Shown: positions 63,262 to 64,000 of the stretch, piece by piece
Layout of the letters: each line of letters opens with the position of its first letter
Numbering within the stretch: the stretch's first letter is position 1
DNA from: an uncultured Acidobacteriota bacterium
GTDB taxonomy: Bacteria > Acidobacteriota > UBA6911 > RPQK01 > JAPXNP01
Reading direction: 5' to 3'
DNA: 64,000 nucleotides
Assembly: GCA_963777605.1 (NCBI GenBank)
Contig: CAVZRV010000031.1
Coordinates: forward strand, 192,001 to 256,000
Made by a program: the position numbers and the translations under genes
The notes under the pieces: generated by a model
Database searches by the model: none
The model's input: the letters and a program-made list of their open reading frames with translations, nothing else
Told to the model about the DNA's origin: nothing

Positions 63262-64000
63262 TGGGCGACCTCCTTGGCTTGGCCTTTCGGCGTTGCTGAC
63301 TCTTCAAGCTTCCGGACCATTTCCTTGATCCCATCCTCGTCCTGGAGTTCAAAAGGAACGCCTTCCAGCCATGCCCCGGCAATCGGGAGATCGTCGGGGA
63401 TGGTCACGGTCGGATCAAGTCCCCGCCCTCGAAGCCGCTGGATCATTCGGATCTCTACTTCGGGATCACGGACTCTATTCAGAACGACGAAGAAACCCGC
63501 GATCTCGGCCAGTTCGAAGTTTTGATTTGCGATCGCAACCAGTTCAGCGGTCTGCAAGTGACTCGTGGCTGGACGGACTCCGCCTCTGATTTTCTGAACG
63601 GATTCGTACAGATCCATCGCCATCTGGATAGCGGCAGTCGTCGGGTCTACGACCGCAACGATCTGGTCGAGGCTCGCAATGACTCCCCGAGCGATATCTT
63701 CGAAGCCCGCCTTAAAGTCGATCACGGTGACATACGGTTCCGGGTTGTCAAGGATCCGGACATCCCGCACGATCTTTGAAACAGGCCCGTCGCAACCCGA
63801 TCCCGGTCCCTGCCCACCAATCTTGCCCGCCACCAGATACAGGATTCCTTCCGGTGTAATGGAGTAGTAGGCTTGCGGCAACTCCGCCAGCACGATTCCG
63901 GCCCCGGCCAAGGGTGTAGGGTCATCCACCGGGCAACTGACTCGACCGCCTGTGAAGACCGCCCCACCGAAGTACTCAAGCAGGGAAGCCGGAGCCGATG
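63258..64000 (-). CDS. CooC-like / MinD-ParA family P-loop ATPase, partial (continues beyond the window)
   Basis: LLEYFGG...CPVDDP, GKIG...GSGCDG, VIDFKAGFE, VLNRV; frame open to the window end. Confidence 0.75.
   Translation of the reverse strand, partial: SAPASLLEYFGGAVFTGGRVSCPVDDPTPLAGAGIVLAELPQAYYSITPEGILYLVAGKIGGQGPGSGCDGPVSKIVRDVRILDNPEPYVTVIDFKAGFEDIARGVIASLDQIVAVVDPTTAAIQMAMDLYESVQKIRGGVRPATSHLQTAELVAIANQNFELAEIAGFFVVLNRVRDPEVEIRMIQRLRGRGLDPTVTIPDDLPIAGAWLEGVPFELQDEDGIKEMVRKLEESATPKGQAKEVAQ

Noticed and set aside
1-64000. rRNA, tRNA, CRISPR arrays, prophage or intact transposases
   Set aside because: None recognised by eye; tRNAscan-SE, Infernal and CRISPR finders would be needed to exclude short RNAs

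Overview
GC-rich bacterial window. The gene content, with many Tat-exported enzymes and glycoside hydrolases, suggests Acidobacteriota or a similar phylum (inference). I found no rRNA, tRNA or CRISPR array. Main content: an eight-gene arsenic cluster (arsR, permease, thioredoxin-like, arsM, acr3, arsC, arsF-like, arsG-like), stress and signalling genes (UPF0182, CheB-CheR-PAS, PAS hybrid kinases, an FtsH paralogue lacking a zinc ligand), exported hydrolases, a VapBC-type toxin-antitoxin pair and two families of dispersed intergenic repeats. At least a dozen otherwise intact genes carry single-base frameshifts, probably long-read consensus errors. The best candidate for an undescribed system is at about 49.7-53.8 kb. 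A 54-aa secreted Cys-Cys/poly-Pro peptide, absent from the ORF track, is transcribed divergently from a 7-TM protein and its translationally coupled partner. These are followed by an XRE-type HTH regulator and a hybrid kinase. Both divergent promoter regions carry the same paired palindrome, TTCGG-N5-CCGAA twice at 33 bp spacing, which suggests a peptide-receptor signalling circuit.
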